Numbered from the stretch's first letter, positions 12,801 through 27,580 are shown. The stretch is DNA of 64,000 nt from Moniliella sp. 'wahieum' (GCA_003971905.1 RSEE01000010.1:248001-312000), one strand, 5' to 3'. The notes: generated from the letters alone by a model not told the origin. Made by a program: numbers and translations.

Positions 12801-14434
12801 GATTTGATGATGCAGATGGCAGAAAGAGAGCGCCCCACTTGAAAACACTTCTGGGCGCTCGAGACACTGCGAAAGTCTTACTCTCTGCCGCGGTGACCGG
12901 TGAAGGACTGGTGAAGCGCTGAAGCTGAAGAACATACCCCCACGCACAGCACCCTCTCTTGCTTGTGAATGCGAGCGGGAAGATAGTCTCGATCGCGTCC
13001 GCAGTGTGCAGCCAGCACGCTTGACGAATGCCTACTACAGTCTTATTATAACGCCCCCCCCCCCTTTCCTTCCCCTTGGCGTCTGTTCGGCTCTGGACAA
13101 AAGTTAGGGCTTAGCGCTGCTCAGCGCTCAGTGTGTACATTCTCCCCTCTCCTTCTTACACAGCTCTGCCCTCAGAGATATGCATGAGAATGATTAATGA
13201 GATACCAATGCGCATGCACCTATCATACATCATCCATCACACATCACCTACTATATCCCAGCACGCCCCATCGCTCACCCACTACACTTCTTCCTACTTA
13301 ACCTCCCCCCACACCGTTCACCTTCAGTTCTTCTCAGCCCCCCTTCCCAAACGTCCTGCTCCCCCATGGACCAGTAGCCTTTGCCTGCCCCCACCCTACC
13401 ATCAATCAGCTGAAGCACATCTGTGGGACACCTGCACCGCATCCTCCTCGCCCCACCATCCTTTCTGCTTGCCATTAGCGCTCTGAGATCTGATTCGCAC
13501 TCGCACGCCAGAGCTACCCGAGCCATTTGTGCTGCCTGTCCTCTCTCTGCTCGACCACAATTTCCTCGGGTGCATCGATTCTTCTTCGTATACCCGCTCC
13601 CCGCACAGCAAACCTGAGTGGCCGGACGCAGCAACCGCTTCTGTTCCATTTCCCATTTTCCGTTCTCCACTCTCCATTCTTCCCTCTCCCTCCTCCTCCT
13701 ACCACACTCTCAACATGGGCAGCGTGATCCATGTCCAGGTCTGGATCGTGAGCCAGCACCAAACAACCGCTGTGCCCACGCGCTCGCTCCGCTGGGCAGA
13801 CAATGTGGTACGAAGTGGGATCGTACCGGGCGTTACGTTTTCCGCGTCGGGCAACTCGGGCGAATATGTGGGCGGAAGACGCAAGTTCACTGGCGCAGTT
13901 TGCCATTGCGCTTCTCACCTGACACCAGTGCAGGACCTACACATCTCACCATGTGTGGTCCTTTGACGGGTGGGGCGGCTGCAGAGAAGGGGAGTCCGCT
14001 CCCAACGATCCCAATCTCATGTCCCCCTTCGTCATCCACCCCTACTTTCCCACTTCCTTCTTCCTCTACAACGACTTTCCACGACTTTTGGGCCGACCGA
14101 TGCGTCATCCGACTACGATTCCAGTGTCCATATATGCATATCTCATGGTGCCCACCTCTCACTGCGCATGCATTCTATCTTTCCACACACGGCAACTTGG
14201 GATTCTGGACAACGTGCTGTCTCCTGCACTGCATGCAAACGTACCATCCTCCCTCCCTCCTACAGCAAGAGCGATAGATTAAGTGTGTTTTTATAGGAAT
14301 CTTGTCGAAGTCAAGTGTCTCTCTATAGGACTCTTGCGGAGGACTCTTGTGGGAAGGATGATTTTATCGATTAAAGCACAGACAAAACCAGGAGATAAAT
14401 CAGGTGATTAGCATACGGACAACGTTGCTCAATC

Positions 14435-14522
14435 GGATCCTTAGCTCAGTGGTAGAGTGTTACTTTCCGGCTACGCCAGGAAGTCATGGTAATGGTCGTC
14501 GGTTCGACCCCGGCAGGATTCG
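14435..14522 (+). tRNA. tRNA-Arg(CCG) with 16-nt intron (14471-14486)
   Basis: Folds by hand: acceptor GGATCCT/AGGATTC, D arm GCTC-AGTGGTA-GAGT, anticodon stem TTACT/GGTAA with loop TT-CCG-G[intron]T, T arm GTCGG-TTCGACC-CCGGC. Followed by a TTTTT Pol III terminator. Confidence 0.9.
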
Positions 14523-15384
14523 CTTTTTGCGCTCGGTTCCACGCGAAGGGACCAGCACGTCTTGTGCTCTCGCTCTCTTCCTCGGACCTTATCCCCCCTT
14601 CCGGCCCCAGGCGGAGACGCCTTTGCTCGCTGCCGTATTTCCCCCTGGCTTGCACGGAGGATCCGTAGCGAATGCCATACAAGACGACTATCTCGCCTCC
14701 TCCAACCAGGAGAGAGCGAGAGGGGGGCGGTGGACCATGCGGTAGTTCCAGCGGCGGGTGGGGTTTGGTTCCTGCCCAGGTCGCACGGATAGGTCTCATC
14801 TGTCGTTCTGGGCTCACCACCATCGAAGCTATTAGGGCGGGGGGGCTTGCCGCCCCCCTGAGTGCACGAATGCGGACCTGGGTGGGATGTATAATAGGTG
14901 GAGACTACATAGCATGCCGACCACTTCGCCCGGGCATTGCGTGCGCCTGTTTCCTGTTTCCTATTTCCTTTGGCCTATGCCGCAGTCGAGGAAGAAGAGG
15001 CGGAGAATGGAAGGTAATGGAAGGTAATGGAAAAGGGGGGGTAGGGCAAGCCAGGATCGACATGGAAAAAGGGAAACATAAAGACATGAACAAGGAAACA
15101 CATACGAAGGATCAACGATCAAAGACGAATGGGAGAGGGGGTGAACCGTGAACCGTGAAATGAGGTATCGTCGGGGCGGAGTGAGAGGGGAGGGGGGGGG
15201 GCACCAAAGACGGGTACCGGTGGGCATGCAGCCGGGCAAAGCGCCCGACCAGCACGGGCGGCAGGCGAAATATACATACTGCACCCCTTGCTCTCTTGGG
15301 TCCCACAAGAGCAAGAGGTAACAAAGAAAGCAAGATGGTCTCATCAGTCCATGAGGGCAACGGGCCAGGGGCCAAGGGAAACGG

Positions 15385-15447
15385 GCCAAGAGCCAAGAGC
15401 CAAGAGCCAAGAGCCAAGAGCCAAGAGCCAAGACCCAAGACCCAAGT
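15385..15447. repeat. (GCCAAGA)7 heptamer tandem repeat plus 2 variant units
   Basis: Directly visible; the same unit recurs x4 at 19143-19170. Confidence 0.95.
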
Positions 15448-15461
15448 ACCAGAGGAAGGCA

Positions 15462-17678
15462 TCAACGCAGCGACGGGGCACCATCCAGATGAGTGTTGAC
15501 ATGGACAGTGGGCGAGACTAGCGCGGGGGACTTAGGTCGGCGCACGGCAACGGCACGGGGGATACGAATGGGTTGGGCAGAGACAGGCACAGCGGACGGG
15601 ATCAGTGTGGCTGGTGATTTGGCGCTTGAGGCGGGGACCGTCGTGCCCGTCGTGCCCGTGACCATGGCCGTTGCTGTGGAGACGGAGCGAGCGGAGGGAC
15701 GTATCGGTTGCTCTCCCCCCTTGGGCTGGTGCGGTGGGACGGCAGGACCGGGCAGCGGACGTGTTCGAGCTGAGCGAGCGCGAGCCAGGGACGAGGGGAC
15801 CAAAGGGTTCTCCTTCTTTGTCCTGGGAAGGAGTAGGGGAAGGGGAAGGGGAAGGGAAGAGGAAAAGGGGAAGGAGATCGGGATCGGCGCGCCTGTCCGC
15901 GGGAGGAGGAAGGGCGGGAGGGAAGAAGAGGAGCGGGCGCGGGCTCGGGTCCGGGCCGCGGCCGGGGCCGGGGTGGGGGTGAGATTGCCCAGTCCCAGTC
16001 CTAGATGCAGAGAGAAGAACGAGGAGCGTCGGCTCGGGGATCGGGAGATACTGTGTGGTTCGAATTCGGCGCCTTCGAGTACCAAAGGTCGTGGGTCAGT
16101 CGAGGTGGGCGAGGAAAGGACGAGCGAAGGTGGTGTGGGGCGGTGTTGGCGCGACCCAATTGGCCTAGGTTGCGCTGTAGGTTGGTCCTGTTCCTCTGTG
16201 CGTTTCCCCGATGGCAGGGCGGCATTTTGCGCTTGTACTTGTGCCTGTGCTTCTGAGGTGGCAAGCGCACTCTCGGGAGGCCAGTTGGCCAAGGCAGCTC
16301 GAAGAACTTCGACCGAGTGGTACTTGCGCAAGTGGGGGGGTAGGAGACAGGAACTGTTGCGCAAGGCAACCGCCTCTTGTGGGCTCAACACGGGTCCGGC
16401 AGCAGGGGAGGAGAGGAGAGCATGGATGCGCGTTTGGTCCCCAGCTGACCCGGCAGAGGAAGGCGCAGGCAAAGGCGTCCCTCGGGCCAGGGGGATATTA
16501 TTTGTCCTCCTCGCACTGGTAGATGGAGCAGGGGGTATAACACTGGATGCGTCACTCAGTACTTCCATCGCAGACTCGTCGCCCATTCCCAGGAAATCAG
16601 GGGTGCCATCCTGGTCATCATGCAGGACCACGCTTGCGCGCCACAGATTGTTTTTGCTTCCGCGGCGCAGGGGACGGAGCCGAGACAAATCAGAGGGCGT
16701 CATCTGTCCAGGCAGGACAGGGGCGGAGACTCGGTAATCGTTTGCACAGGGGCGCGAGGACGGATCGTACGATGCAGGTCGGGGCTTTGCGACTAATAGG
16801 GTGACGCAGGCGAGGCTGACTGCCCGGAGCTTGAGGGGGAAGAGGGGGCGACCTCCGTGAGCTCCCATCAGATGGAGCAGGGGAAGGGGGACTGGCTTGA
16901 CCAGCCCCATCGCTGGGACACCAAATGTCTTCCTCATGCAGCGACCGGCGCTTGCGTGCGCTCTCCACAATGTTCTGGGATCCAAGCTGATCACTTGAGG
17001 ACGGTGCGCGAAATGGAGAGAACCCTTGGTCAGGGATTTGCGGTCGCCGGGCGTGGCGACCGGATGCTGCTAGATCCTTGTCCTGGGTCCAAGCTAGCAC
17101 GGCAGCCGCACTCAACGGTCTTGACGGTTGTGAGGTGCCCCCCTGCAACACACGAGGGCGTAGCCGAGGCGTGTTGAGTGGCGCCGCGGAAGGGGGATCG
17201 GGTTTGCGCCACCACCACTCGGATATGCGGCGGCCTAGTCCGGGCCGATTGTCGTCAATCACACCAAGGGCAGGACGAGAAAGAGGAGCGGCAAGGGGAG
17301 GTTGTGGATTGGGAGGAACAATTGATGGCGTATGAGACGATGTATGAGAGGCATCCGTGCCGGGCTTGGGCTTGGGCGTGGCTTGAGTAGGTTCGCCATT
17401 CTCGTTTTGGTTTTGGGTTTCGTTCTGGTCCACGTTTTCTTCGTGGTCCTCATTTTGGGAGGCGGCGCTAGCAAGGCCGGGGCGAAGGGAAGCGGCGGTG
17501 GGGGTGACGATGCGAGTTTCCTTGTACCCTGCTTGGGCAAGCAGGTCCTGGAGGGAATCAAAGGCGTCTTCGGTTGGTGGGAGGGGCGAGGGGCGGCGCG
17601 GCGGCGGAGGTCGAGGGGTGGGACGGGGGAGGAGATGGCGGGGGGCGAGGGCTTGGACATGGACATGGACATGGGCAT
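15462..17678 (-). CDS. Hypothetical Pro/Ser/Arg-rich, probably disordered protein (frameshifted)
   Basis: Long overlapping ORFs 16690-17850 and 15462-16994 contain an ordered-looking motif DAFDSLQDLLAQAGYKETRIVTP. Start is uncertain and no domain was recognised. Confidence 0.55.
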
Positions 17679-19499
17679 GAGGATGCGGATGCGGATGGGA
17701 ATGGGGAGGGGGAGGGGGAGGGGTATGGTGCAGAACGGGGCAACACCGTGTGCGGTGGTGCAGGCCCGGCGTTGGCCAGGGGGCGGGCGGAGGGCAGGCA
17801 GTGGAAGCGGGCGGTGGTGGCAGGGAGAACAGAAGCCAACAAAACAACACAACACAATTGGGTGATGGGTGAGCTGGTGAAAGGAGGTGGTGCGCGGGTG
17901 CGAGATGAAGATTTCAGTGGTGAGTGCTGGGTGGGTGAGCTAGTCAGCTGAGCGCGGCAAATGGCGTACCGCAGATTAGTCACTGGTCAAAGTCAACGCA
18001 GCGCTGTGCGCGCTCAGGCCCAGCATTCAACTGAATGTTCAAGTTACGTTCAACATAGACATTGCATTGCACCCGTCGCTGCAACGCACCACCGCATCCA
18101 CAACTCACACGCGTTCTGATCCATATTCAATGCCCCGTTCCTCTCGCCTCGCGCAGCTCCCCCGGTTCCTGCTGGATTCTACGCCGACCGAAACCGATCA
18201 GCACCACGACCGGTATGCCCGCGTCCCACGCGTGCCTACAAGCTTGGCTGGCCGCCTCGCTCTCACTTCTCACATCTCACATCTCACATCTCACTAGTCA
18301 CTGTCTCCCCGCAGCAACCTTGCTATTATCCTGGCAAGGGGAGTACTCAGACTGAGTCCTCACTGAGTGCTTACTAGGATTGGGGCCCACCCGCCCTCTG
18401 TCCACCACCACCTGCCTCCCCTGGTCCGCCCGACGCCCCAGGTTGCCAGAGCAACGGGCAACAGACAGAGACGACACGATAACCACATTCCGCCCACTTC
18501 CTACCCAGGTGCAGTTGCGCTGATTAATGATCGATGATCGATGGATCCCATTTCTCATTTCAGTTAGTTGTTCGATCAATATCAATCTTCAGATCTCAGA
18601 TTACATAACCGGTTACCGCTCACTTGCTTGTGTGGCGTGCATGGCGCATGATGCATGATGCATGATCGGTGGGAACCTCCCTGGTGGTTGGTACATGGGT
18701 ACGTGGCAGCCTGTAATGTATAGGTTTTGAGATCTCTTAGATCTTAGGTCTTATAGATCTCACATCTTACCGGCGGTACATCATACTTGTGGAAACCACC
18801 TTAGCAAGGGGACGAGACAAAGTGGCTCAGTGGCCAGGCCAAGGGGCTAGGGACTGGGGACGTAGAAGGGAGACCAGAGCGCCAGGCGGGGCATCGCGAC
18901 CCGCTCTCTACGACCACAGGCCACAAGCCACAGGCCACAGGCCACAGGCCACATGGCATAAGGCAGAGGGCATGGGCGTGGGCAAGTCTGTATCGAGCAC
19001 GTTGAGCGCGGTGCAGCCTGCGGGTTCTCCAAACCGTCATCATTACGCGTCGACCATGCATGCACGCGAGACGTGGCTGGGAGAAGGAGGGCCGGGCTAC
19101 GAAGGTCCTAAAGCCAAGGTCCTAACGCCAAAAGGGCTACGGGCCAAGAGCCAAGAGCCAAGAGCCAAGAGCAAAGGGCTACGGGCCAAGGAACAGGGTA
19201 CAAGACCCGACGCACCCGAGGGGCTTGGACCGCAGGGGAGCAAGCGAAACTGACACGATACAGCGAGGTGGGAGATAGACCTAGTAGGAAGGAATGGAAC
19301 CAAGTTCATTGCGCGCTGTTCAAGCTCAATAAGCTCAATAAGCTCAAAAGCTCAAGCACAATGCAGATTGCAGAACAACGGCTAGTAAGTACTACGGATG
19401 CAGCGGGACCTTCCATCTAACGGTGACAGGGGCGAGGGCGACGGGCTCGCGGGGGGAAAAGAGGGCATACAGAGAGAGAGGGGGTAAGCAAGTCATGGG

Positions 19500-21578
19500 T
19501 CATGGTACTGCGCCGTCCTCTTGCCAGGCCATTTCGAGCAGTTGGGCTTCAAGGTCCGGCGGGTGCGGGGGGAGAGAGCAAGCTGCCCCTGCTGCCCCCG
19601 TAGGGTGGGGGGGGAAGGGAGCAGGTGACCTGCTCATTGGTGCAGGGGAGGCAGTAACGTACGCCGTTGGGTCCAGGAGGACCGGGGTAGCGGCTGACGG
19701 TGCCAGTACCGGTCGGGGAGCACAAGTTACCGGCAAGCCAGCTGTGTCCGTGTGCTCCATCGGTAACGTATATTGGGCTTTAGCTTCCTTTCTCTTGGTT
19801 CTCCATCGTGCATGGCGTACATAGCGCACCGAGTGAACCAGCACCAGGGAGCGTAACGCCGATGAGACCAGGATGGCCATCCAGAGGGGAGGAATGACGC
19901 GGTGGCGCACGTTGAGTGCGCATTGGGCCGAGGCATAATCCAAATTGGACAATTCAGATAGTAAGCCCAAAGCGGCTGAGGAAGTGGACGAGGACGAAGA
20001 CGAGGTAGGGGAAAGTGGTAAGTTGGCCATGCTCATGCCCACTGGTAAGGGGGAGGCCGGTACCGAGACATCCCGGCTCGTGCGTTTCTCCGCGCCAAGG
20101 GGGGGCGAACCCGAGGGCGAAAAGAGGTAGCAGACATAGAGTTGCATAGCGGGGTGGTAAAGCGATACGACGAGGATGATGGCGTCGACGAGAACAATGG
20201 CAAAGTCTGCGCCCTGCTGGACCACATAGACCAAAAATAATCGCCATTCGTCCATCATCACGCCCATCAAGCCTGCCACCGCACAAGCGAGACCAGTGAG
20301 GGCATAGATGCGCAACAGGTCCGGGTACAGAGTCGAAGTATCCTTGCGCACACCTGCAGTTTCCTCCTCCGCCTCGGACCAGGGGAACGATCCGGCAGAA
20401 AAGGGTACTTCATCTTGCATCGCAGCGGGAACGCTTTGCCACTGATCGGGAGAAAAAGGTTCCGAGGGCGCGAGGTTAGCCACACCCACACCAGGGGTAC
20501 CGCTCCTGCCCGTTTGCGCGTTGGAACCGGCAGCTGCGGAAGAGCGCCAAGACCAAAGTTTTTCCAAGGACCAAACGCCTGTCGAGGACGAGGAGGGAGG
20601 GGCAACGGTGGAAAGGGGGGCAAACGAGGGGCTACCCCGCGAGGGGGTGGCAGCAGAGGGCGGGAGAACGCCGTTCAGCGTAGCCGAAGCCGAAGGAAAG
20701 GGGGGTTGAGGTCCTGTGGGTACCCAAACGGGATCCCGTGACATAAAGGGAGTTTGTTGCCGCGGTGCATGACCACGAGCCGCAAGGACAGGCAGGGCAG
20801 CAGCGCGAATATCCAGTTTCCACGCTTGGGCAAACCGGTACAGGGCCCAATTCCACGCCAGCGAGGCCAGGCAGATGGTCACTACAATCCAATGGCGTTG
20901 GAGACGGGACCAAGGGGTGTGGGTGCGCCCGATCCGTTTGAGAGAAGACCTACGGGACCGATGTCGGCGCGGGTGGCCACGAGTGGCCAAAGTCGTGTCG
21001 CCTGAGCTTCTGGGCAGGGGGGGGGGTGGAACGTGGTATCAAGGCGGAGGCAAGCGAGACGGAACGCTGAGGAGTGCGCCGATCAGGAACGGTGTGAAGG
21101 CGATGATGGGAGCGCTTGGACGAATGCGCACGGGGACGGCTGTGGGCACGGGAGGCGGGGCGTGAACGGTGCTGAGAGCCAGGAGGGGCGGAGAAGAGTC
21201 GGCCAAGGCAAAATCGTCTTCGGATGCACGGCGCGCGACGGGGTACACCAGGCGGGTGGAACGACGGGGAGGAAAGCGATGGGCACTGGTTGTGCTGGTG
21301 CCGCAGGGGCGGGAGGCAGGATCAGGCTCGGCCGTGTCCAAGGCGCCGTGGGGGCGGGATGTTGAGAGGGACAACATGCGCTGGCGCTGCTCAGGGTCAA
21401 CCAATGCGCCCGACCAGTCAAGAGAGACAGCGCGACGGGAGGCTGCCATGGAAGCGGACGTAGATGGCGGGGGAAGCGCAGACGACTCGGCCGGCAGCAG
21501 TGTGTGCGGGACCAGGCGTGGGGCGAGAGAGGGGCCTTGTCCGGGCGGGACGGCGGCGGGGCTGGGATGGATGGACAT
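19500..21578 (-). CDS. Hypothetical multi-pass membrane protein
   Basis: 496-aa ORF 19500-20990 with about four hydrophobic segments (WIVVTICLASLAWNWAL; IYALTGLACAVAGLMGV; FAIVLVDAIILVVSLY; LWMAILVSSALRSLVLV), plus an upstream low-complexity ORF probably joined by a frameshift. Confidence 0.6.
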
Positions 21579-24500
21579 GCTCGGAGAAGCGTGAGGGCAG
21601 CTCACACCCGCCCATACACAGCCGCTGGCCCTGGATGGCGCTGTGGGGGAGGGGAGGGGAGGGGAGGTGGTGGTGGTGGTGGAGACGGCTTGGCAGGTGG
21701 AGGGGCAGGCAGGCACACACGCTCCTCTGCGGCTGGGTGTGTGGTTGCTTTCCCGATCGAGCTAGGCGTGTAGGCGCACCGGTTGATTCCGGTGTGGGCG
21801 GCTTGGGGTTGGGTTTCAGGGCGGGCAGGGTGGGCGCTGGACAGGGCAGTGCGGCCCAGGAAGGGACGACTGGGAGTGTACTCAGCACTCATTCATGCTC
21901 AGCGTACTCAGCGCAGCTGCAACTAGAGACGCTCGACTCAGCACAGATTAGGCGCTGGGTCCCGCGTGCGGCTACGGTTACGCGTTACGCGTTCCGGCAC
22001 TCAAGTACTGAACACCGACTGAACGTTGAACGTTGAACGGACTCACCGACGGGTGATGCGGGACAGCACTCAAACGGGTGTGCCCAGGCCCAGCATCATC
22101 CATCAGCTCGCTGTGCTCATGCGCTCATGATGGAACAGGCAGCTGGCAAGTGTGAGCCACTCGGTCGCAGCACAGAGCCACCGCCCACCAGCGCCCAACA
22201 CCACACCCCTGCCGCTTGCATCTGTCCCGTCTGCTCGCACTCGACATGAATATGAAGATTCCCCTGCCCCTCCGCCCTCCGCTGCCTTCCTCGGCGGGCT
22301 GGGCAAGGGCATGCGCATGAGGCCAGAGGGCAGACGCTGCGGTCACATGCCATGTCACCCACACGCCCAAGACGAGCGCTGAGCGTGCTGACGCATGTCA
22401 TCATTCTCATCATGATATGCGCACCGCGGCCAACGTGGCGGCGGCGTGGGAGAGGCGGATGTAATGATGTTTACGTCCGTGTTGCTAGCTCCGCCATCGA
22501 TCATCGATCATCGATCTGATCTCCCATCCATGCCGCGTGTCACCTGTCACATGCATCACAGGGCACGCGTCACGCGTCACGCGCCACGGGTCACATGCAC
22601 ACGAGCCCGCACAGCCTCGCGCAGCGCGAGTTACAGCCTGGCACATGTTACAGCGACCAAGCCGCTTTGTACGCCTCAGGCCCCTCAGGGCCTGAGGCTC
22701 AGGGCCTGAGGGTATGACCGACTGACCCAGCTTCACTAATGAGGAAAGCTTCAAGCTAGTCATACTGACCAACTGGCCGCGCCAGCACCGGCCCACACTA
22801 CACGTACTACCTTCAGGAAATTAAACCCCTCACTAACACTAGTCCCTCCAGCTTCAGCCACTAGTCACTAGCTACTAAAAGTCACTGCTTCGCTACATGT
22901 ACTCCACCTCGGTTGCGTCGTTCGTCCGGCGCGGCACGTGGACGAGCGTGGGGTGGGGTGGGCCGGAGATCGCTTCTTAGATCTTACGTGTTACAGCAGC
23001 CCCCTTCCCCACAGCCCTGTTGAGGCTCACTGTGAGCGCGTGAGCCCTTTTGCGGCGCGTTTTCATTCGCCCACTGTTCCTGCTCCCAGCTCCACGCCGA
23101 GCCCGTCCAACCCATACTGCCACCCACCTCAATTAAAAGTTCTTTGGAGTCTTCCTCTTTGGCCTTATAGCCGCAGACCGTCATCCGACGTCGGAAGAGA
23201 AGGCTGCTACCCCCCTTTGGCTGGCACATCCCTCTACCCATCACCCTGCCATGCGTTGTGCCATGCTTTCCCCCGCAATTGAAAGGACTGCACACATGAC
23301 GGGTACCGCGCGGTTACGGGTATTCTCCCCAACTTGCCATCCCCAGGCCTCCCGACAACGGCCTCGCATGTCTCGATGTCATGGCTGCACGGCCGATGGA
23401 GCGCTGGGATGCCTGGACCATGCCCGCCCGTGCCAACGTGTGCGATAGGAACTGTATGCGATCGGACTGCCTGGGGCCACGGAGAAGGGGGAAAAGTCGA
23501 ACCCCCCAGACTGAGCCAGAGTCTCTTTCGCTTTGATTCTCGCTATTGCCTGGTCCGGTTCCGTCCGGATGCGTCCGATTCCGTCGGCCGAGCTATGCCG
23601 TACAGTGACGATTGCGTTTGACGGATGGATAGCCTTGCGAGCGCCACTCAATCTGAGTACTACTCATGCACTCATGCCCAAGCGGCAGCTCTAAGACGTA
23701 CCGTCTGCCCCAGGCTGATGAGAGGTATGGAAGGCATGGATAGGCCGCGCATGCTCGGACTTACCAAACCGGTGGACATCCCCTCGTCATGCTCACCAGC
23801 GCAACGACCCGTGGGATCAAATGCAAACAAAGGTGTGGATCCACCAGTCGCGGCTTCATTTCCTTTAGCGCCCATCTCTCCCCGCCATAGTACTTGACAC
23901 TACGCTACTAGGGAGGCAAGGAACTTCGGGGCCGCTGGGAGTGAATTGGCCGAACCCCATGGTGGTAAAATGCTAGGGAGACACGGAGGTGATGGGTTCT
24001 TACTCCGCATATCAGGCACACTGACTGAGGCCAAAACATTTGTAGTTCCGTCATATCAACGTAGGGGGTGATAGCCTTCCCTAGCCCCTTTCTGTTACCC
24101 CTTTTCCTCGACAGTGGTGCCCAGCTTCCTCACCACCTCAGGGCTGTTCCGTGTCCTTTCCTTCTGACCTCCTTACTCATCTCGACCACTGCGACCGACC
24201 CGCAGCCACCGCTTCTGCAGACTACTTGTCAAAGAGTGTCCTTCACCAGCTGGGGAGGAGAGACACAACCGCAGGCACCGCAGCATTGTGGGCCTATCGC
24301 CTCTCTGGCTGTCTCTGCCAATGTATCCAACGCTGCACCAAAGACGGTCTATCCTTGCCACCCATCGAATGCTACGTGGCGCGTGGGCCCTCTTATCTTG
24401 ACGCAGCACTGGTGCCGTTCTCTGGCACCAAGCAAGGAGTTCTACGTCGTGGTATCATGTACCAACCATGCACAGGAATTTGAATGAATTATGTCGCCGC

Positions 24501-24650
24501 TCCTGGAGCTGCGGGATGGAGAGGAGGAAGCATCATAGGTTCAAAGCGTCCTCCAGTCCATCTTCAGCTCCAATGAGAGGGAGGAATGGGGTGCATGAGA
24601 ATAACGCACATGAATCCCAATCCCAATCCTAACACAACACCGACACTGTC

Positions 24651-25946
<1,296 letters not shown>

Positions 25947-27492
25947 GGTGGCAGCGGACTGGAGGTTGGTTGGGGGAGTTGGGACGGGGAGGAGGGGGTG
26001 GTGGTGGGATCAACGTTGAACGTTGAACGTCAAGCAATTATCGGTACCCCAGCAAAGCGGGAGCAGGCGCTATCGAGGCCGCGTTGCGATGTAGATGCGC
26101 ACACTAGGCGCTGTCCCATCGCCTGCCATCGCGCACGGCCCAGTTGGATGATCGATGATCTCGATGATCGACGATCGCCGCCGCCCAACACTAGGCCACT
26201 GTAGAAGAGGGCGGAATGCAAGAGTTCACTTCCGCCGCTCGCATTCCGCCCCTGTCAAATGGCGATTGCGGATGGGGGGCTGAGCAGCGGCCGCATACCT
26301 GCTAGTAGCGACTGCGAAATAAGATCTAAGACCCTGACGCGTGATGCGGCGCCATCGACCATCGGCCATCGGCTCTGCGGCCAGGCGATGATCGATGGCG
26401 ATCTAATCGGTTGCTGATCTCAACAACTTACTTGGACGGCCCATTCTGGCGACGTAATGCAGCTGGGGGCACTCGGCGATCCTACGGATCAGCTGCAAGG
26501 CAGCCTTCAGGCCAGGAGTAGTGAAGCTTGAAGGCAAGGGGCGAGCCACAAGTCTTCAAGCAACGTCGGAAGGAGACAGGAGAGAGAAGAGGAAGATGGA
26601 GTGAGCAGGGGGTGCACAGCCGACGGCCCGAAGGGCCATGCAGGGGAACCCTAGCACTACCCTCCAGCACATCATCCAATGGTCACCGGTCACGGTCACC
26701 CTCTCAGCTGCGATGGGCGCATGTCCAATGAACGACATCGATTGATCGATGGTGGTACAACGAAACAAGACAACGTTTTGAAGCGTGGAGCTGGAATATT
26801 GTTGAGGTATGCTGGCGAGCCAGACCAGGTCAAGCTTCAAGCTTCAAGCTTCAAGCTCAAGGCCGAGTGAGTGGCAAGCCAAAGTGCCAAGCAGCAAGAG
26901 GGTTCTAAGTGGAAGCTGGCGGTGCACGCAGCGTGGACAGAATCCATTTAGGTTGTGAACCTACGGCCGTCCTCGGAACTTGGTGGTGGGCGAGGGCAGA
27001 GTGTGTGGAGGCGGCGTGGGCGTGTGGCAGGCTGTGGCGGTGGCTCGGCTGCTGGACCTGCGGTGCCTGCTGCCCCACCTGGCGTGCGCTAGTGACCAGC
27101 GTGAGCGGTGTGCTTGCGAAGCTAGTGACTAGTGACTCGTGACTGGACGAGTGACAGTGGCTACTAGGTACGAGGAGGAGATGGTGGGGGCACTGTGCTA
27201 CGTGCATCCTAGGAGGGAAGCGATGAATCAGGGGTGACGGTGACCAGTGACTCCACCAGCGACCGGTGACATCACATGACCCGCCATGCCCGGCCGCAAG
27301 CCTCGGGCCTGAGCCTGAGTTACTGCGTTACTCAGTACTCGTGTACTCACTCGGATGATTGGAAGCTCTGAGCGGCTGAGCGCTTGAGCGCAGGTGGACC
27401 ACAGACCCTTCCACACCAGTCTCCGTGCAAGCTGGCTGTGGCTCCTTTGGCTCACACTTGGCCAGCACACGTTCCCTTCCACTCCTTCCGCT

Positions 27493-27580
27493 TCACTTCC
27501 ACTTCCACTTCCACTTCCACTTCCACTTCACGTCCACTTCCACTTCCACTTCCACTCCCACTTCCACTTCCACTTCCACT
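27493..27580. repeat. (TTCCAC)n hexamer microsatellite
   Basis: Directly visible imperfect run upstream of the methyltransferase-like gene. Confidence 0.9.

Noticed and set aside
14484..14492. Alternative reading of the tRNA with a CAT anticodon
   Set aside because: CAT abuts the 3' anticodon stem, leaving no positions 37-38. The canonical intron position gives CCG.
14435..14522. CGG codon reassignment suggested by a tRNA(CCG) lacking A20
   Set aside because: CGG falls at a conserved Arg in PEP4 (PVRR motif), and U20 is tolerated in fungal tRNA-Arg. There is no positive evidence.
15493..16737. Long antisense ORFs (also 4368-5357, 35645-36598, 38789-39805)
   Set aside because: They shadow real genes or GC-rich low-complexity DNA and show no recognisable motifs.
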